Source: Thermodesulfobacteriota bacterium (GTDB lineage: Bacteria; Desulfobacterota_D; UBA1144; Nemesobacterales; UBA2774). From it: a DNA stretch of 64,000 bases. Below the pieces are notes generated by a model that was not told the origin of the DNA, searched no databases, and saw nothing but the letters and a program-made list of their open reading frames with translations. This document shows, in pieces, positions 31,642 through 42,983 of this stretch. The translations under genes and the position numbers were made by a program. Position 1 is the stretch's first letter; every line of letters begins with the position of its first letter. The DNA lies in NCBI GenBank assembly GCA_965216785.1, contig OZ244197.1, forward strand, positions 384,001 to 448,000. Direction: 5' to 3'.

Positions 31642-32118
31642 TCAATTAATCTCTAGTACTACAAACTCCCTGGTACCTCCGGGGGCTTGTACAACAACGT
31701 CGTCGTCAACCTCTTTTCCGATCAGAGCGCGGCCGATTGGGGATGTAATGGATATAAGGCCGTTCTCGGGCTCTGATTCATCCGCACCTACGAGCTGATA
31801 ACTAACAGTCTCACCGGTGTCCAAGTCCTCAAGCGTAACCTTTATTCCGAACGTAACTCTGTCTTTATTGGTAAGCTCCGCGGGGTCAATAACCTCTGCC
31901 CTGCTGATCTTGCTCTCAAGCTCCTGGATCCTGCCTTCAACAAAAGATTGACGGTCTTTTGCCGTCTCATACTCCGCGTTTTCTGACAGGTCCCCGAGTG
32001 AGCGTGCATATTCTATGAGTTTTATTACTTCTGGTCTCTCAACTGTTTTAAGGCGGTGAAGCTCTTTTTGAAGTTTTACCAGTCCATTTGGTGTTATGGG
32101 TACTCTTTCAGTTGACAT
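31642..32118 (-). CDS. greA: Transcription elongation factor GreA
   Basis: GDLSENAEY, ISITSPIGRALIGK. ATG 32118 with AAGGAGG RBS. Confidence 0.97.
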   Translation of the reverse strand: MSTERVPITPNGLVKLQKELHRLKTVERPEVIKLIEYARSLGDLSENAEYETAKDRQSFVEGRIQELESKISRAEVIDPAELTNKDRVTFGIKVTLEDLDTGETVSYQLVGADESEPENGLISITSPIGRALIGKEVDDDVVVQAPGGTREFVVLEIN

Positions 32119-32212
32119 AAAGTTTTCCTCCTTCAATATCCTGGGGGAAATAGATTAGGATTTACTTTCAACATATTAAAGACATGCCCTGTGAATAGAT
32201 AATTATACAGTA

Positions 32213-35200
32213 TTAATAGTATTCCTGTAATGCTTTTACGGAAAGCCCCTCTTTTATCAGGACTTCTATTGCTCCTGCCGCGGCTTGTGCTCCTGCAATT
32301 GTGGTGAAGTACGGTACTCCCTGAGTAACCGATGTTCTCCTTATAGGGTAGGACTGCGCTATCTCTTCTTCTCCAAACGTAGTATTAATTACAAGCTGTA
32401 CCTGACCGTTCTTCATATAATCGACGACGTTCGGCCTTCCCTGCGCCACCTTTTTTACCAACATGCAGTTAACGCCCAGGTTTCCAAGGTATGATGCCGT
32501 GCCGTCTGTTGCCAAAATGTTGAATCCAAGCTCCGAGAGCTTTCGGGCTACCAGAGAGGCCTTTTCTTTATCTTCGTCCTTTACACTTATAAATGCGGTG
32601 CCGGTAAGGGGAAGCTCGTTTCCAGAAGCCATTTGAGCTTTGGCAAAAGAGCGTCCAAGCTCAGTGTCTATGCCCATTACCTCTCCCGTGGATTTCATCT
32701 CAGGACCCAGGATCGTATCCACTCCGGCAAATTTAATAAACGGGAAGACAGACTCTTTAATACACATATAATTCGGTACTATCTCCTCAGTGAAACCAAG
32801 CTCAGTTAATTTTTTCCCAACCATTATTTTAGTCCCGAGCTTTGCAAGAGGGACTCCTATCGCCTTACTGACAAAGGGTATCGTCCGGCTTGCCCTGGGG
32901 TTTACTTCTATTATATATACTTCACCGTCTTTTATCGCAAATTGGATATTCATGAGCCCCTTAACCCTAAGTGCGAGAGCTAGCTCCTTGGTCTGACGCT
33001 TTATTTCCTGAAGAGTTCCGGCGTCTATAGAGTAAGGCGGCATAACCATGGCACTGTCGCCAGAGTGAACCCCGGCTTCCTCAATGTGCTCTAGCACTCC
33101 TCCTATCACTACGGTCTCGCCGTCTGATATAGCGTCCACATCCACCTCTTTTGCGTCCTTGAGAAACTTGTCTATAAGCACCGGATGATTCGGGGACACG
33201 TTTACCGCCTCTTTCATATAGCGCTTAAGCGCCTTCTGCGTATATACGATTTCCATTGCTCTGCCGCCAAGCACGTAAGAGGGTCTCACGACCACCGGAT
33301 ATCCTATATCTCCAGCGATCTGCTTTGCCTCGCTCTCACTGCGCGCAATCCCGCTTTCAGGCTGCTTAAGGCCGAGCTGAAGGATCAAGTCGCGGAATCT
33401 CTCTCTGTCCTCAGCCAGATCAATGCTCTCTGGGGATGTGCCGATTATCTTTACTCCCCTTTCCTCAAGAGGAAGCGCGAGCTTTAACGGAGTTTGGCCA
33501 CCTAACTGCACAATTACCCCTTCAGGCTTCTCCCGCTCGACTATCGACAAAGTATCCTCAAGCGTCAGAGGCTCGAAGTAGAGCCTGTCGGATGTATCGT
33601 AATCAGTGCTTACTGTCTCGGGGTTGCAGTTGACCATTATTGCCTCATACCCTTCTTCCCTAAGCGAAAAGGAAGCGTGGACACAGCAGTAATCAAATTC
33701 GATCCCTTGCCCGATTCTATTGGGGCCTCCGCCCAAGATCATAACTTTCTTTTTATCAGTGGGCAGGGCCTCGTCCTCCCTTTCATAAGTGGAATAGAAG
33801 TACGGGGTATGCGCTTCAAACTCTGAGGCGCAGGTATCGACCATCTTATACACGGATTCTATGTGGCTGTTAAGCCTCAGGCTTCTTGAGTCGTCCTCTG
33901 AGTTGCCTATTAGCTCTGACATCCTCGTATCCGAGAATCCGTACTCTTTCGCCGTTTTTATTCTCTCACTGTCAGGCTTGCCCTTTGAGAGCCTCAGCTC
34001 GTTTTCCATATCAACAATCTGTTTGATATTATTGAGGAACCAAGGGTCAATGCGTGTCAGATCATATATTTCTTCAGTATCCATCCCGCTCCTGTAGGCG
34101 TCGGCCAAATACCAGAGCCTTTCGGAGTTGGGGACCTTAAGCTTTTCTGTAATGACTTTCTTGTCACTTGTTTGCGGCTCAAACCCCGAAGAATCTACTT
34201 CAAGCGAGCGCATGGCTTTCTGTAAAGACTCTTTAAAAGTCCTGCCTATGGCCATTGCCTCCCCAACAGATTTCATTTGAGTAGTCAGAGAGGGATCTGT
34301 CACAGGGAATTTCTCAAAGGTAAACCTGGGTACTTTTACAACAACATAATCTATTGTAGGCTCAAAACAGGCGGGTGTAGTGCGCGTAATATCGTTTGGA
34401 ATCTCATCCAGCGTATAGCCAACGGCAAGCTTGGCCGCGATCTTCGCAATCGGGAATCCTGTCGCTTTAGATGCCAACGCCGAGCTACGGGAAACCCTGG
34501 GGTTCATTTCTATTACGACCATACGGCCGTCTTCAGGATTAATACCGAACTGTATATTAGAGCCGCCGGTGTCTACTCCGATCTCTCTTATAATGGTGAT
34601 CGAGGCGTCGCGCATCTTTTGGTATTCTTTGTCGGTAAGTGTCTGAGAGGGCGCGACCGTGATGCTGTCCCCTGTATGAACACCCATAGGGTCAAAGTTC
34701 TCAATTGAGCATATTATGACTACGTTATCCGCAACGTCCCTCATAACTTCGAGCTCATACTCCTTCCACCCGAGCACTGACTCTTCGATCAATATTTCAG
34801 AGACCGGACTCGAATCGAGCCCTGATTTTGCAAATTCCTCAAATTCCTCACGGTTATAAGCGACGCTTCCTCCCGAGCCTCCCAGAGTGAACGAGGGTCT
34901 GATAATAATAGGAAAACCTATTTCCTCCACTATCTGCCAGGCTTCACTCATGTCATGGGCAACTCCGCTCTTTGGGACCTCAAGACCAATTTTTATCATG
35001 GCCTTTTTAAATTGCTCACGGTTTTCCGCCTTTTGTATAGCCGGCATTTTAGCGCCTATTAGCTCTACGCCGTATTTTTCGAGTACACCGCTCTCGGACA
35101 GCTCCACCGCAATATTAAGCGCGGTCTGACCACCGAGCGTAGGCAGCAATGCGTCGGGCCGCTCGCGCTCTATTATCTTTTCCACAATCTGAGGAACAAG

Positions 35201-35404
35201 AGGCTCTATGTAGGTACGGTCAGCGAACGTGGGGTCAGTCATAATAGTGGCAGGGTTGCTGTTCACTAGTACAATCCTGTAGCCCTCTTCCTTGAGCGCT
35301 TTACATGCCTGTGTGCCCGAGTAGTCAAACTCACAAGCCTGCCCGATCACAATTGGACCCGAGCCTACAAGTAGTATTGTTTTTATGTCTGTTCTTTTAG
35401 GCAT
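32213..35404 (-). CDS. carB: Carbamoyl-phosphate synthase large subunit
   Basis: [17 protein letters not shown], duplicated ATP-grasp domains, C-terminal MGS domain. Confidence 0.99.
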   Translation of the reverse strand: MPKRTDIKTILLVGSGPIVIGQACEFDYSGTQACKALKEEGYRIVLVNSNPATIMTDPTFADRTYIEPLVPQIVEKIIERERPDALLPTLGGQTALNIAVELSESGVLEKYGVELIGAKMPAIQKAENREQFKKAMIKIGLEVPKSGVAHDMSEAWQIVEEIGFPIIIRPSFTLGGSGGSVAYNREEFEEFAKSGLDSSPVSEILIEESVLGWKEYELEVMRDVADNVVIICSIENFDPMGVHTGDSITVAPSQTLTDKEYQKMRDASITIIREIGVDTGGSNIQFGINPEDGRMVVIEMNPRVSRSSALASKATGFPIAKIAAKLAVGYTLDEIPNDITRTTPACFEPTIDYVVVKVPRFTFEKFPVTDPSLTTQMKSVGEAMAIGRTFKESLQKAMRSLEVDSSGFEPQTSDKKVITEKLKVPNSERLWYLADAYRSGMDTEEIYDLTRIDPWFLNNIKQIVDMENELRLSKGKPDSERIKTAKEYGFSDTRMSELIGNSEDDSRSLRLNSHIESVYKMVDTCASEFEAHTPYFYSTYEREDEALPTDKKKVMILGGGPNRIGQGIEFDYCCVHASFSLREEGYEAIMVNCNPETVSTDYDTSDRLYFEPLTLEDTLSIVEREKPEGVIVQLGGQTPLKLALPLEERGVKIIGTSPESIDLAEDRERFRDLILQLGLKQPESGIARSESEAKQIAGDIGYPVVVRPSYVLGGRAMEIVYTQKALKRYMKEAVNVSPNHPVLIDKFLKDAKEVDVDAISDGETVVIGGVLEHIEEAGVHSGDSAMVMPPYSIDAGTLQEIKRQTKELALALRVKGLMNIQFAIKDGEVYIIEVNPRASRTIPFVSKAIGVPLAKLGTKIMVGKKLTELGFTEEIVPNYMCIKESVFPFIKFAGVDTILGPEMKSTGEVMGIDTELGRSFAKAQMASGNELPLTGTAFISVKDEDKEKASLVARKLSELGFNILATDGTASYLGNLGVNCMLVKKVAQGRPNVVDYMKNGQVQLVINTTFGEEEIAQSYPIRRTSVTQGVPYFTTIAGAQAAAGAIEVLIKEGLSVKALQEYY

Positions 35405-35589
35405 ATTCTAAAACCTTATGGGCAAGATTCTCTTTGCCCTGGTGAAATTAAATCCGTCAATTTATACCCAAGAATTTATGATCTGGCAAACAAGATTATG
35501 ATACATTTAGTTTACAGAAAATAAGATGACCCGGTAGAAATATCTTAATAATATACTAGTAAACCTCAATTAAGACCAATAAGTTATAA

Positions 35590-36339
35590 TCAGCCCGCAT
35601 CTTCTGATATAACGTTCTCCTCACCTGAATCAGCCGCGGGTTCATTGGTTTTTTCTCTACTCTTAAGATCGCTCATTACATGAAACATCCTTTGCACGGC
35701 GGTGTATGAAGAAAAAACGAGCATTATTAAAAGAGCCAGCTTGAGTAGGTAGTTATCGGGTTGATACCCAAGAGCGCTCGTCACAAGGTTGCCAGGATAA
35801 TTAAATATAGACAGTACACCCAGATATACCACCCTCTCTGTCCTCTGCATGATTCCAACTTCGCACTTTACCCCAAGGCCCTCTGCCCTGGCCCGAGTAT
35901 AACTGACCATTGTGGTAGAAACGAGTATTAGAAACACTACGTAGATATAAACCGTGCCCTGGAAAAAGCTCAGAAGACCGAGGTAAATAAAAGCCTCGGA
36001 AAACCTGTCCAGGCATGAATCGAAGAACGCTCCGGACTCGCTGCTGATCCCCTGCGCCCTGGCAACTCGGCCGTCGAATATATCAAAAGTTGAGCCTGCC
36101 AAAACGAGCACGCCTCCAATAAATATTAAGCCGTAATGATAGAAAAGACCCGTGATACCGGAGACTACAAGAGTTGAAATCGTAAGTACGTTGGGATGAA
36201 TTTTAATACCGACCAGATAGTCCTCTATCGGCAGCATGAGAAGTAGCCACCATTTTTTTAATCCACTCCCTAAGAGTTTAGAGGACTCGGGGCCTTTTTT
36301 GTTTTTCGACCTTTCAGCAATTTCCTGTGGCTGGCTCAT
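35590..36339 (-). CDS. CDP-alcohol phosphatidyltransferase family
   Basis: DGRVAR-x7-GAFFDSCLD signature, SYTRARAEG, QRTER. Confidence 0.92.
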   Translation of the reverse strand: MSQPQEIAERSKNKKGPESSKLLGSGLKKWWLLLMLPIEDYLVGIKIHPNVLTISTLVVSGITGLFYHYGLIFIGGVLVLAGSTFDIFDGRVARAQGISSESGAFFDSCLDRFSEAFIYLGLLSFFQGTVYIYVVFLILVSTTMVSYTRARAEGLGVKCEVGIMQRTERVVYLGVLSIFNYPGNLVTSALGYQPDNYLLKLALLIMLVFSSYTAVQRMFHVMSDLKSREKTNEPAADSGEENVISEDAG

Positions 36340-36445
36340 AATGAATGTTTCCCGAAACTGTTATTTCTGTGAATTGAGGTTACTAAAATATACGCTTTAA
36401 TCTTTATCAAGCAAGCGGGATATCTTATGGGCACTTGCAGATGGT

Positions 36446-38056
36446 CTAGTTAATCCGAGTAATATATACCGACTTAACGCCCGGCTCTCGTCTCTTGAGC
36501 CAATTCCCGTATTCCGTTGCCTGACCCTTTGTAGGAAATGCTCCCACGCTTACACGGCTCCATCTTCCCTTACCGGGCACATCGGCCGTGGTTACTCTTA
36601 CTTTATAACCCTTACGCTCTAGCTTCTGTGCAAAACTTCCGGCTGCGGCAGGGTCCTTGAACGAGGCGACCTGGACTGTGTATTTCCCGCTCTCGCTCTG
36701 AGATGAATCGCCAGGCGTGATTTTAGTTATCCGCTTTTCCCTAGCAGGTTCCTCGTATTTCTTAGTGTCGGTAACTGTCTTAGCTGAAACCGCAGGTGGA
36801 GGCTTATCCCAATCCCCCTCTTGTGTAGACTCATAAATACGCTCGATGAGCTCTTTACTCGAATAAGACGCATCGTCGGTGTCAGAGATGCGGGGCGCTG
36901 CCGGAACTTGTTTTTCCCGGGTTATGAGCGCATCTTTTTCCTCGGTTACTAAAATATCTTCTTCAATTATTTCTGTTCCGTCAGATTTCTCCGTCAATTG
37001 CTCAGAGCTTTGGGTTTCTTCGATTTCTTTGCTAGTTTCTACTTCCCTCAGAACTACTGTATCTATCTTTTCAGCCTTAATTAATTTTGCCCCGCCCTGA
37101 AGCGGCGCGTTTAACTGTGTATCTAATAATAAGGCTATTGCGGTATTAACCGAGCCGCTGCCCGGCTGAGTATAAGTTTCTATCTGAACTTCTTCTTGCA
37201 GTTTTTCTTCCTGAATCCCGGCGCTGTCAATTGAAAGCTCCTGCTCAACAATTCCGGACTCGGCAATCAAAGTTTCTTGTGTGTTTTGGGGCGGGCTCTG
37301 GGTTTGAACCGGAGATACGGTATCCGGCTTTTGGGCCATGTATCCCTTTGGTACTACACCGCCAGCCGTGCTGGTTGATTCTTCTCCGATCTTTACTACG
37401 CGGAGGCTTGTAAAAGGTCTCTTTACAACTACGCCGTTTTCAACGAGCATAATCTCAACCGAACCCGATAAATTGTTTGGGGCTTCAAAAACGAGCTTTC
37501 TGGGTGATTCCGATATTACATGCGCGGGCCTGCCTCCGATCGTAAGCTTGGTCGTTGCAAAGTCACCGTCAAACGGGCCTTGGATCTCGATCAGTCTTCC
37601 TGCCTGCCCGATAAGCGGGGTTTCAAAATCAAAAGCTGTTGGAGTCTCAGGTCTGTCGGCAAAAGAATCCGGCAGTTTTACCGCGGCTGAGGAATAGCTG
37701 ACCTCTCTGTTACTCTCGTCTCTTAGTGTGACCCTTAAGCTGCTGCCTGACATGTTACTCGGGATAGTTATGGTAATTTGCCCGGCTTGAACAGATGCGC
37801 TCTGTACATCCGTATTTATCTTGTAACTGTTTAAAACACTCGTGTTATTAACTCCCTCAGGGTAAGCAAATATAGACGCTGAGACAGTATCCCCTCCTGA
37901 CATATCGTCGGGGAGGAACACTTTCACATCCCCATACTGGGTATTAAAACTTACTACATACGTGCCGCTTAATCTATCGGTCATCCCGAGCTTCGCGGCA
38001 TGTGCGGTCCAGGCGGCAATAAATATTATCAATACTATGAAGACTTTGGCTTTCAT
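36446..38056 (-). CDS. Secreted SPOR-domain protein with N-terminal Ig/IPT-like domains
   Basis: Signal peptide, C-terminal YTVQVASF...WSRVSVGAF, acidic linker. Confidence 0.8.
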   Translation of the reverse strand: MKAKVFIVLIIFIAAWTAHAAKLGMTDRLSGTYVVSFNTQYGDVKVFLPDDMSGGDTVSASIFAYPEGVNNTSVLNSYKINTDVQSASVQAGQITITIPSNMSGSSLRVTLRDESNREVSYSSAAVKLPDSFADRPETPTAFDFETPLIGQAGRLIEIQGPFDGDFATTKLTIGGRPAHVISESPRKLVFEAPNNLSGSVEIMLVENGVVVKRPFTSLRVVKIGEESTSTAGGVVPKGYMAQKPDTVSPVQTQSPPQNTQETLIAESGIVEQELSIDSAGIQEEKLQEEVQIETYTQPGSGSVNTAIALLLDTQLNAPLQGGAKLIKAEKIDTVVLREVETSKEIEETQSSEQLTEKSDGTEIIEEDILVTEEKDALITREKQVPAAPRISDTDDASYSSKELIERIYESTQEGDWDKPPPAVSAKTVTDTKKYEEPAREKRITKITPGDSSQSESGKYTVQVASFKDPAAAGSFAQKLERKGYKVRVTTADVPGKGRWSRVSVGAFPTKGQATEYGNWLKRREPGVKSVYITRIN

Positions 38057-38092
38057 TTGTAAATACCTGCATATATGACCATATTAATCATA

Positions 38093-38881
38093 TCATTTGT
38101 TTTGTGTTATAAAAACAATCTTAACCTCGGGTTCTAGAATCTTAAGGTTCTCACCGTAGTCACTCGCGGTCTGAGAGCTTTCAAAAGTACCGATTCTTAC
38201 CCTATACCATTTCTTGTTATCAGAATCCGTCATGGTGTTTATGTATGCGGGGTAACCCCTGTTCTTCATAGATTTTAGCACTGAATCCGCAGCTTTTTTA
38301 TCCGTAAACGAACCGATCTGTACCGTGTAGCTGCCGTCTGGATCTATAGGGGGTAATTTAACTCTATCTCTTTTTTTATTTTTATCGGTTTTTGCAATTT
38401 CTTCAATTGCTTTTTCCCGGGTTACCTTTTCTGGTTTTGGGGTAGCTGCCGGCTTTTCGGAGGCAGGATCGGGCTTGACAGTGTTTTGTGTTTTTGTAAC
38501 TATCTCGTTTTGGCCACTTTCAGCTATTGGGTCCTGTGGTGTTTGGATAGGTTCAGCAATTTCAATCGTAGAATCAACTTCAATATCCTCCTCTACCTGA
38601 AGTCCCTCTGGCGCTTCAGTCTTGACATCGGTCTCGCCGATTCTCTCCTCAAGCGCTATGGATTGTTCGAACTCGGTGTCTATTGGCTTTTCGGGAACAC
38701 GGGCTCGGGGCGGAGTAGTCTCTATGTTTTCGGGAAAAGTAATACTACGCTCGGATAACCCCTTACCCACTATTATCCCTAGACTGAACGTGACGACGAA
38801 TAGTACGAAAAACCCGATAACAAGCGATACTATCCGGTTTTTGCCAGGATTTTTGTTGCTAGTGCTGTTTTTATTACTCAT
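38093..38881 (-). CDS. SPOR-domain membrane protein (FtsN/DedD-like)
   Basis: N-terminal TM and C-terminal YTVQIGSF...WYRVRIGTF. Follows argS. Confidence 0.88.
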   Translation of the reverse strand: MSNKNSTSNKNPGKNRIVSLVIGFFVLFVVTFSLGIIVGKGLSERSITFPENIETTPPRARVPEKPIDTEFEQSIALEERIGETDVKTEAPEGLQVEEDIEVDSTIEIAEPIQTPQDPIAESGQNEIVTKTQNTVKPDPASEKPAATPKPEKVTREKAIEEIAKTDKNKKRDRVKLPPIDPDGSYTVQIGSFTDKKAADSVLKSMKNRGYPAYINTMTDSDNKKWYRVRIGTFESSQTASDYGENLKILEPEVKIVFITQNK

Positions 38882-38884
38882 ATC

Positions 38885-40567
38885 TCACATCCTTTCAGGA
38901 GTGGAAATACCGAGCAATCTAAGACCGTTACTAAGAACTATACGCACACAGCTTACTAAGTAAAGCCTTGCCTGACTGAGATCCGAGTTTTCGTCTACGA
39001 TCCTGCATTTATTATAGTAAACATGAAAATCCGAAGCCAGCTCCTGAAGGAAATAGGCTATTTTGTGAGGGGCGAGGGAAGCTGCCGATTCCTGTACTAC
39101 CTCAGGGTATAGTAGCAGTTTTTTTATAAGGTCGATCTCCACTTGCTCCTTAAGCCCGTCGAGAGATTCGCCTGCGGCGGACAATCCCGTCTCTTCAGCC
39201 TTTCGAAACAAACTGTTTATTCTGGCATAGGCGTATTGAATATAATAGACCGGGTTTTCACTGGACTCTTTCTTTGCAAGATCGAGGTCAAAGTCAAGAT
39301 GACTCTCGGAGCTCCTTGCGAGTAGGAAGAACCGCATCACGTCCGGGCCGACGTCTTTTACTACGTCGCGCATGGTTACATAGCTTCCGGAGCGCTTTGA
39401 CATAGCAACCTCCTCACCGCGGCGCATCAGTCTTACGAACTGAATCAGCACCACATGCAGGCGGGATTCATCGAGCCCGAGCGCATTCAGAGCCGCTTTG
39501 AGCCTGGCAATGTGACCGTGGTGGTCAGCGCCCCAGACGTTGATCAAACTATCAAATTCTCTTTCTAGCTTATGGTAATGGTACGCGATGTCGGCAAGGA
39601 AATACGTGGGAGATCCGTCCGATTTAACGAGCACCCAGTCCTGGGTATCTCCAAACTCAGTCGCCTTAAACCATAGGGCGCCCTCTTCTTCTTTGAGAGC
39701 GTCTTTTTCTTTCATGAGTGTAAGCGCGGCCTGCAGTCTGCTCAGTCCCTTAGTGCTTTCAAGAGAGGCGTGGATATTCTCACTCTCGCTGTACCACTCG
39801 TCAAATTTAATCCCTACGCTCTCTAAGTCACTTACCAGATGATCAAGAAGCCACTTTTTAGCAAACTCTCTACAGTACAAAATAGATTCCGTCTCCTTAC
39901 CCTCTTCTGTAAGCGAATCGCCTTCGTCTGTTTTAATCAACGCTGCAATTTCCTGTATATAGTCTCCTTTGTAACCGTCCTCGGGAAGCTCTCTCTCTAT
40001 CCCCGAAGCTTGTAGATATCTTGCGTAAACAGATTCGCCCAGCATCTCCATCTGGTGTCCTCGGTCATTTATGTAGAATTCCCTTGTCACATCGAGACCC
40101 GAAGCCCGGAGAATATTCGACAGCGCGTCTCCGACAACGGCGTTTCTGGCGTGGCCCATGTGGAGAAACCCTGTGGGGTTTGCGCTTACGAACTCGACAA
40201 GCACCTTTTCACCCTTGTCTGTGGCGGCGTTCCCGAAATCAACCCCCGCCTCATCGATCTCTCTGAGCTTATTTACTATGGCCTGCTCTTTAACGAAGAA
40301 ATTGATAAAGCCCGCGCCCGCAATCTCAACTTTTTTAAATAACTCTTCCTGCTCTTCGGGCAGGTTTTCTATGATTAGCTCGGCAAGCTTACGCGGATTT
40401 TGACCGGTCTTTTTTGCAAGCACCATTGCGGTGTTGATGGAAAAATCACCGAACTCCTTTCTCTTTGGAATCCCTACTTCAATCTCGTGGGGGAAATCGG
40501 CCGCGTTCAAAGTTTTAGCAATGCTTTCTACGGATTTGAGAACTACTTTTTGAATGTCTTCTTTCAT
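38885..40567 (-). CDS. argS: Arginine-tRNA ligase
   Basis: EFVSANPTGFLHMGH, WGADHHG, MSKRSG, YIQYAYARI, PERM end. Start moved to ATG 40567. Confidence 0.98.
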   Translation of the reverse strand: MKEDIQKVVLKSVESIAKTLNAADFPHEIEVGIPKRKEFGDFSINTAMVLAKKTGQNPRKLAELIIENLPEEQEELFKKVEIAGAGFINFFVKEQAIVNKLREIDEAGVDFGNAATDKGEKVLVEFVSANPTGFLHMGHARNAVVGDALSNILRASGLDVTREFYINDRGHQMEMLGESVYARYLQASGIERELPEDGYKGDYIQEIAALIKTDEGDSLTEEGKETESILYCREFAKKWLLDHLVSDLESVGIKFDEWYSESENIHASLESTKGLSRLQAALTLMKEKDALKEEEGALWFKATEFGDTQDWVLVKSDGSPTYFLADIAYHYHKLEREFDSLINVWGADHHGHIARLKAALNALGLDESRLHVVLIQFVRLMRRGEEVAMSKRSGSYVTMRDVVKDVGPDVMRFFLLARSSESHLDFDLDLAKKESSENPVYYIQYAYARINSLFRKAEETGLSAAGESLDGLKEQVEIDLIKKLLLYPEVVQESAASLAPHKIAYFLQELASDFHVYYNKCRIVDENSDLSQARLYLVSCVRIVLSNGLRLLGISTPERM

Positions 40568-40640
40568 AATATTAGTGGAAAAGTAGACCACATATTCAGA
40601 CACCTTACAAGAAACCGGTGTCATATTTTAGATAAACAGC

Positions 40641-41267
40641 TTAGAAATCCGGAAGGGATTCTATCGGAGAGAGATGAGACACGTCGTTCAGCACCTCTAT
40701 TTCGATTCCGTCTTCCCTGCAGACTATTAGGTTTTTACAGGCGGCCTGGAGGTTGAAATTACGAAAACCTTTTAGACCAACTCCTGAGAATTTACATAGG
40801 AGGGTAGTGATAGTGAGGTTATGGCTCACTGTTACAACCGTCTCACCCTGGTGACGCTCTAGAATCTTGTTAAACACCCTTAGCGCCCTCTCCTGAAGCC
40901 CCGTAAGTGACTCTCCCATTGGAAGCTTTAAGGTCTCGGGACTCTCCCGCCATTGCTTTAACACGTGGTCATACTTTGCCCTTATCTCCTCAAACTTAAG
41001 CCCTTCGAGCTCTCCCTGATCCATTTCTCTTAGGTCTTTTTCTATATTAACCGTGAGTTTATGGTGAGACGCTATTCCGCGCGCCGTCTCAAGCGCTCTT
41101 TTCAGATCGCTCGAATAAACGGCAGAAATTCTTTCATTTTTAAGAGAGCTTGCAAGCTCTCTGACCTGCTTTTTGCCGTTATGGTTGAGATCGATATCCG
41201 CCACTCCCTGACATCTGCCTGTGCGGTTCCAATCTGTCTCTCCGTGTCTTACAAGTATTAGATTCAT
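40641..41267 (-). CDS. Histidine phosphatase family (CobC/PspA-like)
   Basis: LVRHGETDWN, SSDLKRA, LRE, VSH, LNDVSHL. Confidence 0.92.
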   Translation of the reverse strand: MNLILVRHGETDWNRTGRCQGVADIDLNHNGKKQVRELASSLKNERISAVYSSDLKRALETARGIASHHKLTVNIEKDLREMDQGELEGLKFEEIRAKYDHVLKQWRESPETLKLPMGESLTGLQERALRVFNKILERHQGETVVTVSHNLTITTLLCKFSGVGLKGFRNFNLQAACKNLIVCREDGIEIEVLNDVSHLSPIESLPDF

Positions 41268-41315
41268 TTAGCCCTTTCCATTAGTCTAAAAATGCCTCTG
41301 TCTTCTAATTATATA

Positions 41316-41395
41316 CCTGCAGGAATCGCAGACTTTTAATTAATTCCCCCGGATCGTGCTTCGCACTCCCGTCCATCCTCACTGCCTCTGTCCCC
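41316..41395. repeat. ~80-bp dispersed intergenic element, copy A
   Basis: Starts CCTGCAGGAATCGCAGACT and ends GCCTCTGTCCCC. Both ends match 45484-45566. Confidence 0.55.
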
Positions 41396-42516
41396 TAGGA
41401 TTCGTTTCTAAACGTGAGTATTACGCCTTTATCCTTAGCCTCTTTGGCAAGCTCAGAGGGAGGGGGAGGAAGCGGAGCTGATTTATAGACCGCGGTTACG
41501 CAGTATTCATCAAACACCGGGTTCCCCGATGAGTTGCTTACCCTAACGTCGTAGATTTTACCGTCTTTGCCTACTTTGAACAGCACATCGGTCTCAAGCC
41601 CGCCGTCCGTAGGTACGCTGGGGGGGATTCTCCAGTTTCGGCTGATTTTTCTATGTACCTGCTGACTGTAGAGGTTAATAATAACGGGGCTTACAGACGA
41701 GCCGCCGCCTCCGCCGCCGGTACTGCTCTTTTCGGTACTCGCTTCGAGTCCCGCATCTTCGGCATCGGCCATGGCAAGCTTCTGCTCCTCGCCCATGGGC
41801 TCCTCAGGCTCCTGCGGCTCTTCACTGCTTCCAAGCTGATCGAGTACCTTTTGCCTTTGAATGTCCTTAAGTACCTGGCTTCTCTTTTTATCTAAAGTTT
41901 TCTTTTCTGTTTTTTTCTTCTCTTCTTTTTTAGGTTTGGGTTTTTCCGTAGGTTTTGGTTTCTCGGCTACTTTTTTCTCTTCCTTCTTTTCTACTTTTTT
42001 AGGTTCTTCTTTCTTTTTTTCTTCCTTCTTTTCAGGCTCGAGGGGAATTACCTCTTTCTTCTCAGGCTCTTTCTTTACAACTTCTTTTGGCTTTTCCTCT
42101 TTTTTAGGCTCCTCTTTGGGCTTCTCAGGCTCTTTTTTAACCTCTTGTTTCTTGGGCTCCTCTTTTTTTGGTTCTTCCTTCTTTACCTCTTTTATTTCGG
42201 GCTCTTTTTTAGGCTCTTCTTTTTTTGGAGGCTCGGGAGGGGCTTTTACCTCTTTTTCCGGTGGCTTGGGAGGGGCGGGCTTCTTCTCTACCTTTTTAGG
42301 CTGAGTTTTCTTAACAGGCGGGCGACCATCACCACCTCCGCCTGTATCCAGAGATGATATCGATACCTGTATAGGCCCGCTCGGGCCGCTGAACTGCGAA
42401 GCTCCCCGGAATCCCCAAAATAGTATCAATGCAATAATTGTAGCGTGGAGCGCGATTGAGAAAACTCCGCCCCAAAACGATGTTCCCTTTGAAGGGTCAT
42501 TACCTTTTTCTTTCAT
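41395..42516 (-). CDS. tolA: TolA-like cell envelope protein
   Basis: TM with SIALH, long K/E/P low-complexity linker, C-terminal SSGNPVFD..APLPPPP domain. Follows tolQR. Confidence 0.82.
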   Translation of the reverse strand: MKEKGNDPSKGTSFWGGVFSIALHATIIALILFWGFRGASQFSGPSGPIQVSISSLDTGGGGDGRPPVKKTQPKKVEKKPAPPKPPEKEVKAPPEPPKKEEPKKEPEIKEVKKEEPKKEEPKKQEVKKEPEKPKEEPKKEEKPKEVVKKEPEKKEVIPLEPEKKEEKKKEEPKKVEKKEEKKVAEKPKPTEKPKPKKEEKKKTEKKTLDKKRSQVLKDIQRQKVLDQLGSSEEPQEPEEPMGEEQKLAMADAEDAGLEASTEKSSTGGGGGGSSVSPVIINLYSQQVHRKISRNWRIPPSVPTDGGLETDVLFKVGKDGKIYDVRVSNSSGNPVFDEYCVTAVYKSAPLPPPPSELAKEAKDKGVILTFRNES

Positions 42517-42536
42517 AATCCGCCGCTTACCTCTTA

Positions 42537-42974
42537 CTACTGTTTAGTCACGGGCTCTGTGATTAGACCAAGGTTCGTAACCCCGGCATTTCTAATCTCA
42601 GACATCACCTCTACAACTGTGCCGTAAGGAACAGAGGTGTCAGCCCTTAAAAAAACATTTTCCTTCTCTATGTCTTTTCCCTTTGAGCTCATAAGCACCC
42701 TGACTTCAACTCTTAGCTCATCGAGCGTATACTGCTTTTTCTCTATAAATATCTCACCGTCACCGTTTAAAGTAACAACAACCTTCTTCTCCCGGTCTAT
42801 GGAGGGCATGGACTTGGACTGGGTTTTGGGCAGCTTAACATCCACACCCTGATACAGAATGGGGGTCGTTACCATGAATATCACAAGGAGGACGAGCATG
42901 ACGTCTACAAACGGCGTTACGTTTATTTCGGCCATCACTGTGCGGCCGCCCTGTTTCGGAGTCTGCATTCCCAT
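42537..42974 (-). CDS. tolR: TolR/ExbD
   Basis: EINVTPFVDVMLVLLVIFM, LRAD..VPYG. Confidence 0.9.
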   Translation of the reverse strand: MGMQTPKQGGRTVMAEINVTPFVDVMLVLLVIFMVTTPILYQGVDVKLPKTQSKSMPSIDREKKVVVTLNGDGEIFIEKKQYTLDELRVEVRVLMSSKGKDIEKENVFLRADTSVPYGTVVEVMSEIRNAGVTNLGLITEPVTKQ

Positions 42975-42983
42975 ATTGCTCTA

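Noticed and set aside
41270-41395. Cobalamin riboswitch upstream of the CobC-like phosphatase
   Set aside because: The gap is too short and I could not see a B12 box or the conserved core.
41861-42357. Phe/Ser-rich plus-strand ORFs and apparent DNA repeats
   Set aside because: These are the antisense shadow of the K/E/P-rich TolA linker, not a separate gene or array.
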